A stretch of 64,000 bases of DNA from Candidatus Aenigmatarchaeota archaeon (lineage in GTDB: Archaea; Aenigmatarchaeota; Aenigmatarchaeia; CG10238-14; SCSR01): contig JAVZGQ010000002.1 in the NCBI GenBank assembly GCA_038998585.1, positions 6,625-70,624 of the forward strand, written 5' to 3'. Shown here piece by piece: positions 17,209-25,664 of the stretch (positions are counted from its first letter, which is position 1; each line of letters starts with the position of its first letter). Position numbers and translations under genes: made by a program. Under the pieces are notes generated by a model. That model ran no database searches. It had not been told where the DNA came from and saw nothing but the letters and a program-made list of their open reading frames with translations.

Positions 17209-20200
17209 TTAAGTTTCAATAATTTCTCTTACTAGGCCATCAATCTCACTTAAATATTCTTTTAGTTTCTCTTTAGTTTTTAATCGTGAGAATTTTATAA
17301 ATTGTTTAACTTTCTCTGTACAAATTTTACCTAATTCTGCTAATCTTTTATGTTTAGGATCTTTAGGATTAAATTTAGATATAGGTAATTCAAGAGGTAA
17401 CCTCTGAATATGTCTTGCACCAAAACTACCTTTTGCTTGAAATGGTTTTATAAGTTTGTCTATTACAGTAGAATTTATTATTGCAGTTAAGTAGTGTGCT
17501 TCCTCCTCATTGTTAGTCTCAAAAAAGAAAGTTGTCTTTTCCAAAATTATTCCATTTATTTTAACTTTTACATCATTATTAACAATAAAATTTTCAACAC
17601 TCTGCTTATCTATGGTACATGCTACTGTATGCGTTCCGGAAGACGCCGAAACAACAACAAATCTTTTTGAAGGATTTTGTTGTTCTAAAAGACCTAAATG
17701 ATTAATTGACAATTCTACCGAAGGAAAATTCTTTTTGTCTTTTTTGGTTGCGTATTTGTTCCAGACATTTTGTGCTTGTTGAAGCCATTCTGCCATTCCC
17801 AGAGATCCTTCTCTTTTCAACATATCTATTGTTACTAATTTAAATTTGTTAGAATATACTTTAACTGGTAAAATTACGGGTCTTAATTTTTCATATCCAA
17901 ATGGTTTTAAGTCTTTACTTAGGAGTGTAGCAAATATAAATTTATTTTCTATGTTACCCTTAATCACAACTTTCTTCCATTCACTTTTCGCGTTTTTTAT
18001 AGCATCTTTAGAACTAACTACCTTCGGTTTAAGTGGATCTATTCCAAATCGTGGATCTATTTCAAAATCTATAAACCACAAAGGTCTTGGATAGATAGCG
18101 GCACCGGCTTTAAATAACTCATAATAATATGACTTCTCTTTTGTTATCGCTGGTGGATAATATTTGTATTCTCTAGTTTCCAAAAGAGAAGAAATCTCAC
18201 TAAGTTTGGAATTTTTTCTAATCAAACAACCAGAATAAGCGATAGTTTTGACAGGATATTTAGTAGTATCACCCTTAACAGCAAATAATACACAAGAAGG
18301 CACATTGAAGAGAGGTCTAACTCTGAATTGAGTATCATATTCTAAGTCAATAATTTTAGAAAGTTTTAAAGGAGGTTTACTAAATTCTTTAAATTTTTGA
18401 TGATGCTTGGCACCAGTTAGAACACTCCTAGGCATTACAAAACCTATTACACCATATTTATCAAGGTACAAATCAGCACATCTTCTATAGAAAAGTGTAG
18501 CAACTTCCATCTGTGTGAATAAATGCACCTCTGTTGGGGATAAAAGATGATAATCAAATATCATTTTTTTCAAATCTTCTTGATACTCTTTGTTTTCAAT
18601 GTATCTGAATGCGATCCATGGTGGATTACCTATAACTAGATTAAATTTTTCTTTCGAAAATCTAATTGGTGCATAGAAATTGCGTAAGATAAATACCCAA
18701 ATCGTGTCTCTATCTTCATCTATTAGTTTTAAAAGCGCTTGGAATGTATGTTTCAAAATTAACTGTGAATCGAAAGATAGCTTATTTAAACTTTTTCCGA
18801 AAGTTTTTTCTGCAATTTCTTTTGAAACTCTTTTTAATTTATACGCAATAAGTAAATCACTAGCTTTAGATAGAATCTCATTTAATAATGATTCGTCCTT
18901 AACTATTTCTTCTGGTATAAGAAGATATTTTTTGGCTTTACCATTTCCAATAGTTATTTCGTATGAATTTACTTTCCCGTGGAAAGTTTTTTTTAGCACT
19001 GGTAATTTTATTGAATCAGCAAGGTAAACAGGAATCGTTAATGGAGATTTTTTAGCTCTAATTAATTCACCTAAAGTTATTATATAGTTTGCCCTTGCAA
19101 TAATAACAGCTAAAGGATTTATATCCATTCCCATTATATTTGAAAGAATAATTTCTAGTAATTGAGAATTTCTAATTCCTCTTAAATTTTCTATAAAATA
19201 ATGGATAGCATTTGTAAGAAAAGTTCCACTTCCACAGGCAGGATCTAAAATTTTAGGTATAGTTTTATTTTTTAACAATTTTATACTTTCTACTATTATC
19301 AATTGTGCTAACCATTCAGGTGTATAGTATTCTCCTATTCTATGTCGCGCTCTTGGTCCTATTATATCTTGGTAAATTTCCTTGAATAGATCTTCATCAG
19401 CTTCTTCAAAATTGTAAACATCTAATTCAGCTAATAATCTCTTAATACTTTCAAGAACAATGTCTTTAATTTCCTCTTCTAAAATCCAACTGAAAAAATC
19501 CTCTTCAATAAAGTTAGTTATACCTACTTCTTTGAAAAAAGAACCATTTAAAACTTTTTCTATTTCTTCTAAGTTTATTTCTCGATGCAATCTCAGGTAC
19601 ATAATAAGCTTTACTAAGGTAATCAAATACGTATGGTCAATGAATTCATCTAAATCAGGCGCACTTCCATAAACTATTTCTAAATGTTTTTTCCAAAGTT
19701 CAAATTTTAATAAATTATGAGGTTTGTGTGAAATTTTTTCAAACAATTCTTTTAACATTCTATGAAATACAGAGTATGTTGGACTTTTAAGGCCAAATTT
19801 TATTTGGATGTCCTCCGCGGTTGGTTTAAGATCTCTTTTAGTAAAAAAATATGAATCTAACCAAAGAATTATATTCTCGAAACTTTCACTAATATTTATT
19901 TTAGAAATTTCTTTTAATCTATCATCAGAAGATAGAATATATGCACGAAATTCTGCACCATCAGTTATTATACCGACAAAATTTTCCTCTTTTCTAATTT
20001 CTTTAAGTGCTTTAAAGTATTTTTCAAGTTCGTTTTTAGCATCTTCTAATTCTTTATTTAAATCAACTTTTATTTCTAATATTACATTCCCAAAAAGTAA
20101 GTCTGTTCTCCCTCTTACGCAATAAACTTTGCTTTTGAGATATTTTTCGGCTCCAAAAGCTACATCTGTTAAGCTTACACCAAAAACTTCTTCTAGAAAT

Positions 20201-20292
20201 TTCGAAATCCTCAAAAATTTTCCGGTATGAGTATTGATTTGAATTATTTCTTTTTTATAATCCTCAAAAACTTGGCTTAACTCTTTTTCCAT
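17209..20292 (-). CDS. type IIG/IIL restriction-modification enzyme (MmeI-like fused nuclease, N6-adenine methyltransferase and TRD)
   Basis: 1027 aa. N-terminal GRTDLLFGNVILEIK (D..ExK nuclease motif), ILDPACGSGTFL (SAM motif I), VIGNPPWIAF (NPPW) and a long C-terminal putative target-recognition region. Confidence 0.75.
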   Translation of the reverse strand: MEKELSQVFEDYKKEIIQINTHTGKFLRISKFLEEVFGVSLTDVAFGAEKYLKSKVYCVRGRTDLLFGNVILEIKVDLNKELEDAKNELEKYFKALKEIRKEENFVGIITDGAEFRAYILSSDDRLKEISKINISESFENIILWLDSYFFTKRDLKPTAEDIQIKFGLKSPTYSVFHRMLKELFEKISHKPHNLLKFELWKKHLEIVYGSAPDLDEFIDHTYLITLVKLIMYLRLHREINLEEIEKVLNGSFFKEVGITNFIEEDFFSWILEEEIKDIVLESIKRLLAELDVYNFEEADEDLFKEIYQDIIGPRARHRIGEYYTPEWLAQLIIVESIKLLKNKTIPKILDPACGSGTFLTNAIHYFIENLRGIRNSQLLEIILSNIMGMDINPLAVIIARANYIITLGELIRAKKSPLTIPVYLADSIKLPVLKKTFHGKVNSYEITIGNGKAKKYLLIPEEIVKDESLLNEILSKASDLLIAYKLKRVSKEIAEKTFGKSLNKLSFDSQLILKHTFQALLKLIDEDRDTIWVFILRNFYAPIRFSKEKFNLVIGNPPWIAFRYIENKEYQEDLKKMIFDYHLLSPTEVHLFTQMEVATLFYRRCADLYLDKYGVIGFVMPRSVLTGAKHHQKFKEFSKPPLKLSKIIDLEYDTQFRVRPLFNVPSCVLFAVKGDTTKYPVKTIAYSGCLIRKNSKLSEISSLLETREYKYYPPAITKEKSYYYELFKAGAAIYPRPLWFIDFEIDPRFGIDPLKPKVVSSKDAIKNAKSEWKKVVIKGNIENKFIFATLLSKDLKPFGYEKLRPVILPVKVYSNKFKLVTIDMLKREGSLGMAEWLQQAQNVWNKYATKKDKKNFPSVELSINHLGLLEQQNPSKRFVVVSASSGTHTVACTIDKQSVENFIVNNDVKVKINGIILEKTTFFFETNNEEEAHYLTAIINSTVIDKLIKPFQAKGSFGARHIQRLPLELPISKFNPKDPKHKRLAELGKICTEKVKQFIKFSRLKTKEKLKEYLSEIDGLVREIIET

Positions 20293-20394
20293 AAGCTTAC
20301 CCCTCTATAACCAATTTGAGAACGCTTCATATATCATAAGCCTGAGTTTTTAAAATCTTCAAGAGTTTTTCAATCATAATAATATTCAGGTCCT

Positions 20395-21558
20395 TTATTT
20401 AAATAAATCGAATGCATTTTCTTTTTCCACCAACTCGTAAAACTTTTCCTTTATCTTTGGATTTTCTTCTGCCAAAATTTGCAAGAACTTGATCACGATA
20501 TCGATCGTTTTCTTATCATTTTCCGTGTTTATTGCGAACCTTTGATTTATGGGATAATTGCAGTATGGACAAAAATCATCTAGCCTTGAAATTTTTTGCT
20601 GGCACTTTGGACAATCGATTAAATCAAACAAAGTTGGTTTTTTTCCATTATTCTCTATCCCATACATTTTCAAAACCGCATTGTCAACATCCTTACCGCT
20701 CAAGTGAACATAAGTCTTAACCATTTTGGAATCCATAGCCCATCCAAAATATGCTTTCATAACGCTTTCAGAAAGGAAAGGAGCGACATGAGTTGCCCTC
20801 GAATGTCTTAGCAAGTGAGGATGTATCCTTTTCTTAATCCCTACCCTTTCTCCTAGTTTTTTAAGCAATAGCTTAAGCCCCCCGTATTTAAGTTGCTTGA
20901 ATGTTTCCCTGCCGTTCTTGAAATCATACTTTGTTACCCAAAGCGGTGATTCAGGATCATTCTTAAAAGGATGCTTTTCAATCCATTCGCACAAGGCTTT
21001 TCTACTGAAAACCAACCTTACTATTCTTTCTCCTGTTTTTCCGTTAACTTTTATCACGCAACCCAAAGAATCGAATTTCACATCTTTAAGTTTCATGTTT
21101 AACAATTCTCCTGCCCTCAAACCTCCTTCATACAAAACAGAAAGAAGCGCTCTATCTCTTGAGTTATCTGTAACTTCAATCAACTTCTTTACCTCTTCTT
21201 CAGTTAAAACTTCAGGTAAAGATGCTTCAGCATTCCCTACTTTAAACCATGAAAGATCTAAATTAACGCCATTAATTCGGTTTAACCACTTCAAGTATCT
21301 TCTCAAAATCACTTTGAGATCTTTAATGGTCTTTGGTTTGTAATTGCTTTTTTCAATGCTTATCACGGCATTCTTGATATCTTCCAAAGTTGGATTGATT
21401 AGATTCTGAAGAAACTTCCTCTTGATAGTTTTCAAGCAAATGACATACTTTTTAATTCTCCTATCGCTCAATTTTTTACCGTTTTCGAGTTGTATGTCTC
21501 TGAGGAATTGATCGATCAGTTGCTCTTCTCTTTCCGAAAGTTCACTCATAATTCTCAC
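20395..21558 (-). CDS. tyrosine integrase with C-terminal zinc-ribbon extension
   Basis: SAM-like N-domain, GGLRAGELLNMK (Arg), HPHLLRHSRAT (HxxR), GW...KTYVHLSG (Tyr), then CPKCQQKISRLDDFCPYCNYPI plus a ~60-aa helical tail. Confidence 0.8.
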   Translation of the reverse strand: MRIMSELSEREEQLIDQFLRDIQLENGKKLSDRRIKKYVICLKTIKRKFLQNLINPTLEDIKNAVISIEKSNYKPKTIKDLKVILRRYLKWLNRINGVNLDLSWFKVGNAEASLPEVLTEEEVKKLIEVTDNSRDRALLSVLYEGGLRAGELLNMKLKDVKFDSLGCVIKVNGKTGERIVRLVFSRKALCEWIEKHPFKNDPESPLWVTKYDFKNGRETFKQLKYGGLKLLLKKLGERVGIKKRIHPHLLRHSRATHVAPFLSESVMKAYFGWAMDSKMVKTYVHLSGKDVDNAVLKMYGIENNGKKPTLFDLIDCPKCQQKISRLDDFCPYCNYPINQRFAINTENDKKTIDIVIKFLQILAEENPKIKEKFYELVEKENAFDLFK

Positions 21559-21604
21559 TTTGTTTGTTGAAAATTTGTGAACTACTGTGAACTAAAGTGA
21601 GAAT
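21551..21604. promoter_or_regulatory. repeat cluster spanning the integrase start: 9-bp inverted repeat flanking two 9-bp direct repeats
   Basis: attctcact (21551-21559) / agtgagaat (21596-21604). tgtgaacta occurs at 21576-21584 and 21586-21594 with 10-bp spacing. The cluster lies between the integrase ATG (21558) and the att-like 12-mer. Confidence 0.45.
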
Positions 21605-21624
21605 TAAACCCTTCTTTCCTTGTT

Positions 21625-21636
21625 CGGCCAGCGCAT
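21625..21636 (+). repeat. 12-bp direct repeat copy 2 (candidate att core)
   Basis: cggccagcgcat is identical to the tRNA 3' end at 9329-9340. Confidence 0.6.
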
Positions 21637-21676
21637 TTTTATAGTTCTTAAATATGAATAATTATTAGTGATTCAG

Positions 21677-22198
21677 ATGCTTTTTGGTAGAAAAAAAGAT
21701 AAAGAAGAGCAAAAAATTGAAATAACTGAAGAAATTAAGCTCCCGACTCTAGAAGAAATTAAATTACCAGAAAATTTAAAAGAACAAGAAAAGAAGATTC
21801 AAACTAAGCCTATGACCCAAGCTGAGCCTGTGTATTTTCAACCCATACAACAAAAACCTGAAATTGTAAAAAGATCTTTACCTTTGTTTGTGAAACTTGA
21901 AAATTATGAAGAGCTATTAGCGAGTATAAATGAATTAAAAGAAGTTTTGAGTCTGATCAAAAAATCTTTCTCATTGCTTGAAGAAAGTGAAAAGACGAAA
22001 ATTGAGGCTATTGGGACAATTAAAGAAAACTTAAGCAAAGTAGAAGAAAAAATTTCTTCTCTAAATTCAAGTCTATTAAATTTTGCTCAAGAAGAAAGAA
22101 AGGAAGAGAGGAAATACCAGTCTGAAGAAATTAAAAATTCTCTATTGGAATTGAAGGCAAAAATAGAAAAGCTAAAACAAGAAATGCAAGAAATTTGA
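21677..22198 (+). CDS. Glu/Lys-rich coiled-coil protein (hypothetical)
   Basis: ORF with heptad-like EEL/KEL segments. ATG 21677 is preferred over GTG 21668. No family recognised. Confidence 0.45.
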   Translation: MLFGRKKDKEEQKIEITEEIKLPTLEEIKLPENLKEQEKKIQTKPMTQAEPVYFQPIQQKPEIVKRSLPLFVKLENYEELLASINELKEVLSLIKKSFSLLEESEKTKIEAIGTIKENLSKVEEKISSLNSSLLNFAQEERKEERKYQSEEIKNSLLELKAKIEKLKQEMQEI

Positions 22199-22236
22199 TA
22201 ATTTTTTTTCTTTTATTTTTTAAAATAATTAATTGA

Positions 22237-22353
22237 GCAGGGGTAGCCAAGTGGTTAAAGGCGGCAGGCTCAAGTTTATTGAGCTTTGATTTGAGATGAA
22301 AGAAGGAACCTGCTGGGTTAGTCCCTTCGTGGGTTCGAATCCCACCCCCTGCA
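22237..22353 (+). tRNA. tRNA-Leu (CAA) with 33-nt canonical intron
   Basis: GCAGGGG/CCCCTGC acceptor, class II D-arm GCC-AAGTGGTTAAA-GGC, GCAGG/CCTGC anticodon stem, loop CTCAAG[22275-22307]A, long variable arm and GTGGG-TTCGAAT-CCCAC T-arm. Confidence 0.85.
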
Positions 22354-22474
22354 AATAAAATACATTCAACACAAAACTTACTAAAAAGCTTAAAACCATC
22401 TATTCACAAGTTTTTAAAAATATAATTATTTTTTGGGGGAAAAAAAGAAAGAAATTGGCAAAGGTTTGTTCCTT

Positions 22475-22771
22475 CTAGAACACTTCTACTAGTGTTTCAT
22501 AAACCACGAGTAAAGCTCCAATTAGAACTAGAAGCCAGGCAACAAGCTCAAAAGCTTCTCTGACTAAACCAATTTGTGGTGATATGTATACTGCGACTGC
22601 TGGAGCTGACCATGCAGCTGCAGATAAGAAGAGAGCTGCGGCAACAGCAATAAGTTGCCATCCTCTAGTCATTTTTATTTTTGCATATTGCGCCAAAGCT
22701 ACTGCCAGAAGGAACCCTACACCTAAACCCAAAACTCCTTCGAATACCACCATCTCTTCACCTAATTTCAA
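22475..22771 (-). CDS. small Ala-rich polytopic membrane protein (hypothetical)
   Basis: 98-aa ORF with 3 hydrophobic helices. Visibly higher G+C than its surroundings. Confidence 0.45.
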   Translation of the reverse strand: MKLGEEMVVFEGVLGLGVGFLLAVALAQYAKIKMTRGWQLIAVAAALFLSAAAWSAPAVAVYISPQIGLVREAFELVAWLLVLIGALLVVYETLVEVF

Positions 22772-22878
22772 TTAAGGTAAGATAACTATTAAAAGCTTTT
22801 TCCCATCAATCGACATGACTATTGTTTAGTGATAAAAAATTTAAACTGTTTAATAGAATCAAAAAATAAATCTTAATT

Positions 22879-23421
22879 ATGAAAATAGATCTTTCAAAGG
22901 CTTATAGATTACTGTCTCCAAGAATTGTAGTTCTACTTACCACAATGAACTCAAAGCATGGCATGAATGCTATACCAATTGATTTCATTACTCCAGTTAA
23001 CTATTCTCCACCCATAATTATGATAGCGATTCAGCCAGGTGGTCAAACTTACAGAAACATAAAAGAAAATGGAGAGTTTGTAATAAACATTATGAGTAGA
23101 AAACATTTTAATGAAGTAATGAGATGTGCAACAAGATATCAGGAAGGTATAAACAAGATACAACAGGTTGGTTTGCATCATTTTTCTTCTCAATTCGTCA
23201 GAGCACCAAAAATAAAAGAAGCAAGGGCCTGGTTAGAGTGTAAGCTTGTTAATGAAATCGTCTTTAAAGACCACATAGCAATTTTTGCTGAAATAGTTGC
23301 TGCAGATGTCTCTGACGAAATTGTTGTTAAAGAAGAAATAGAATATTCAAGAATCAAACCAATTCTCCACATTACAAAAGACTATGTAATAGATTTTAAA
23401 GTCGTAAAAAAGAAAAAATAA
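22879..23421 (+). CDS. flavin reductase-like (FMN-binding split-barrel) domain protein
   Basis: LLSPRIVVLLTT...NAIPIDFITPVNYSPPIIMIAI...NIKENGEFVINI fits the flavin reductase-like domain pattern. Confidence 0.6.
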   Translation: MKIDLSKAYRLLSPRIVVLLTTMNSKHGMNAIPIDFITPVNYSPPIIMIAIQPGGQTYRNIKENGEFVINIMSRKHFNEVMRCATRYQEGINKIQQVGLHHFSSQFVRAPKIKEARAWLECKLVNEIVFKDHIAIFAEIVAADVSDEIVVKEEIEYSRIKPILHITKDYVIDFKVVKKKK

Positions 23422-23432
23422 AAGGATTGAAA

Positions 23433-23516
23433 TTACCAATCTTCTTCAGTTTCTTCTTCCTCTTCCTCTGAACCTTCTTCCTCGCTCCAAGTATCATCAA
23501 ACTCTTCGAATTCCAT
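23433..23516 (-). CDS. 27-aa highly acidic micro-protein (MEFEEFDDTWSEEEGSEEEEEETEEDW)
   Basis: Below the ORF-track size cutoff. The ATG is preceded by GGTGA at about -8 on the minus strand. There are two acidic ..W motifs. Hypothetical. Confidence 0.4.
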   Translation of the reverse strand: MEFEEFDDTWSEEEGSEEEEEETEEDW

Positions 23517-23658
23517 GTTTTCACCTATATGTCTAAGTAAAGACACATCAAAGTATTTAAATCTTTACTATTTTTGAAAAATTACCACTTTGAAGTGATT
23601 TTCTTTTATCTTAAAAAAGTGTAAAAGTTTAAATTTACTATTTTGCTTATTTCTTTTT

Positions 23659-23944
23659 GCAGGAGGTCACTGGTTGGAGAGTTAGGCCCTCTCTACTGGC
23701 AAAACCAGTGGCAAATGGTCTACATGGCCGATCAAAGCCTGAGGGCGGTGTAACTTAGCAAGCTATTCCAAACTATCAACTGAGAAGTCTTGTCCCACAG
23801 GGTCGGCTTCCCATCGAATCCAGCCAGGCGAGGAATCGAGCAACTGTAAGATGGGTTGACCGATGCTTGTGGTAAACAGGATGGAGAAGATAGTTTGGGC
23901 TTAAATAGTTTGTCGAGTTACATCCACCGAAGGCGACCTCCTGC
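23659..23944 (+). ncRNA. ffs: signal recognition particle RNA (archaeal 7S-type)
   Basis: ~286-nt GC-rich island. The ends pair (GCAGGAGGTC...GACCTCCTGC). Helix-8 signature CAGGCGA-GGAA-TCGAGCAAC (GGAA tetraloop plus AGCA). TTTAAAT lies about 30 nt upstream and a T-run follows the 3' end. Confidence 0.8.
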
Positions 23945-23975
23945 TTTTTATTTCAAGAAGATAAAGTGATTCTAT

Positions 23976-24713
23976 ATGAAGAATTTGGGTTTATTTTTGA
24001 TTTTTATTTTACTTGTTGGCATTATTTTTCTAAATTTTTTTGATATTAATTTCACGAGAGTAAAAACAGAAGTAATAACGATAACTCCTGAAAAGAACCT
24101 CTCTTCAAAAAATGTTATTAAGTTACCGGTACCGGCAATTGATGAAAATGGGAACGGTGTTTTGACTATATTGGTAGTGGAAGCTGTGCCTGGAAAGGGG
24201 AGAGTTCTCACAGATATAGATCATCTTATCTTCTTCATAGATACTCAAACCTCAATTCAGATAGCAAAAGTTGTTGCACAAAACATAACTGGAATAGATG
24301 CATCGAAAGTTGATCTAATCTACCAGATAGAAACCAATGCCTCAGCAATAGGCGGGCCTTCTGCAGGAGCTGCCTTAACTATAGCAACTATAGCGGCTCT
24401 GGAAAATAGATCACTGAACCAAAAGGTCGGAATAACTGGAACTATAAATCTTGACGGGTCTATCGGTCCTGTTGGTGGAATAGAAGAAAAGGCTAAGGCA
24501 TCAAAAGAAGCTGGAATAGAAATTTTCTTAGTTCCAAAAGGTCAAAGCACTCAAGTTACTTATATACCAAAAAGGGAATGTAAGAAAGTTGGACCAATCT
24601 TATTTTGTACTACTGAATATCTTGCAAAAAAGATTGACATGAGTGAAAGTGTTGGTATAACTATCAAAGAAGTTAGTAATATAAAAGAAGCACTAAAATA
24701 TTTTTTAGAATAA
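23976..24713 (+). CDS. membrane-anchored Lon-type (S16) protease domain protein without AAA+ module
   Basis: N-terminal TM, then IGGPSAGAALTIATIAALE (Ser nucleophile) and GPVGGIEEKAKASKEAG (Lys). Confidence 0.75.
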   Translation: MKNLGLFLIFILLVGIIFLNFFDINFTRVKTEVITITPEKNLSSKNVIKLPVPAIDENGNGVLTILVVEAVPGKGRVLTDIDHLIFFIDTQTSIQIAKVVAQNITGIDASKVDLIYQIETNASAIGGPSAGAALTIATIAALENRSLNQKVGITGTINLDGSIGPVGGIEEKAKASKEAGIEIFLVPKGQSTQVTYIPKRECKKVGPILFCTTEYLAKKIDMSESVGITIKEVSNIKEALKYFLE

Positions 24714-25283
24714 ATGATTATCATGAAATTACAAGAACTTTTCACGAAAAAAGAAATTAAAGATTTAACAATCTCTACATTAGCAATTTCCCTTATTTTT
24801 GCTTTTCCGAGATTTGAGCTTTTTTTATTATATTTAATGGCAAGTGTTATAGCTTTTGTTTTTCATGAGCTTGCTCACAAATTTGCTGCTATAAAATTCC
24901 ATTGTGCCGCATTTTACGAAATGTGGCCAACCGGCTTAATTTTTGGTTTTTTATTTATGTTGCTCGGAATTAAAATTCTTGCTCCAGGTGCTGTAGTGAT
25001 AAGGCCATACAGATTTGGAAGATGGGGATTCAGAACAGTTAGACTCTCTGTCTCAGAAAGTGGAATAATTTCATTATCTGGTCCTCTTGTAAATTTAACT
25101 TTTGCATTAATCTTTTATTCCTTCCCTGCTTTAAGTTTTATTTCTGATGTAAATGCCTGGCTCGCTTTTTTCAATCTTTTACCAATTCCGCCTTTAGATG
25201 GAAGTAAAGTTGTTAGATGGAAGCCTTGGCTTTGGCTTTTAATGATAATTTTTGCTTTCATCCTTGTCTCAAGATTCTTTTAA
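24714..25283 (+). CDS. site-2 protease family (M50) membrane metalloprotease
   Basis: FHELAHKF (HExxH) inside a TM helix, and NLLPIPPLDGSKV. Confidence 0.8.
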   Translation: MIIMKLQELFTKKEIKDLTISTLAISLIFAFPRFELFLLYLMASVIAFVFHELAHKFAAIKFHCAAFYEMWPTGLIFGFLFMLLGIKILAPGAVVIRPYRFGRWGFRTVRLSVSESGIISLSGPLVNLTFALIFYSFPALSFISDVNAWLAFFNLLPIPPLDGSKVVRWKPWLWLLMIIFAFILVSRFF

Positions 25284-25417
25284 AGTGAAAATAATTAATG
25301 ATTTGTTAATGAAGTGTTCTAAAATAAATGGGATTTAAAACTAGTAGTTGTATTAATGAATATGTGAAAACGAAATAGAAAATGTTTAGAATTTATTGAG
25401 ATAATAAGGTCAGAAAA

Positions 25418-25660
25418 ATGAGTGAATATAAAGGTATCATAACATTTGAAGAATTGTCCGAAAAAGAAATTTATGTAGAATTAGAATTCATAAATAGTGT
25501 GAAAGAAAAAATAAAAGAAAATTTTGTAATTAACGAATTCTCGCAAATTATTGGAATAGATAAAAAAATACTATTATATTGGTCTATTGATAAGAACTCA
25601 TTAAGATTAGATCTTTTTAAAAAAATAATCAAAAATTTAGGTCTACTATCAAATAAGTGA
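25418..25660 (+). CDS. small hypothetical protein, possible HTH
   Basis: 80-aa ORF. INEFSQIIGIDKKILLYWS is HTH-like. Lies 4 nt upstream of the EndoQ-like gene. Confidence 0.35.
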   Translation: MSEYKGIITFEELSEKEIYVELEFINSVKEKIKENFVINEFSQIIGIDKKILLYWSIDKNSLRLDLFKKIIKNLGLLSNK

Positions 25661-25664
25661 TTAA

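Larger units (their letters stand above)
9329..21636. mobile_element. putative integrated element or genomic island in a tRNA 3' end (~12.3 kb), possibly composite or decayed
   Basis: Bounded by the 12-bp direct repeat. An intact tyrosine integrase starts 67 bp from the distal copy. The interior holds a type IIG R-M gene, a truncated integrase and a frameshifted gene, but also aaRS genes. Confidence 0.4.

Noticed and set aside
17209-20292. I considered a BREX PglX-type methyltransferase instead of a type IIG R-M enzyme.
   Set aside because: An N-terminal D..ExK nuclease motif is present, and no BREX partners (PglZ, BrxC, BrxL and others) are nearby.
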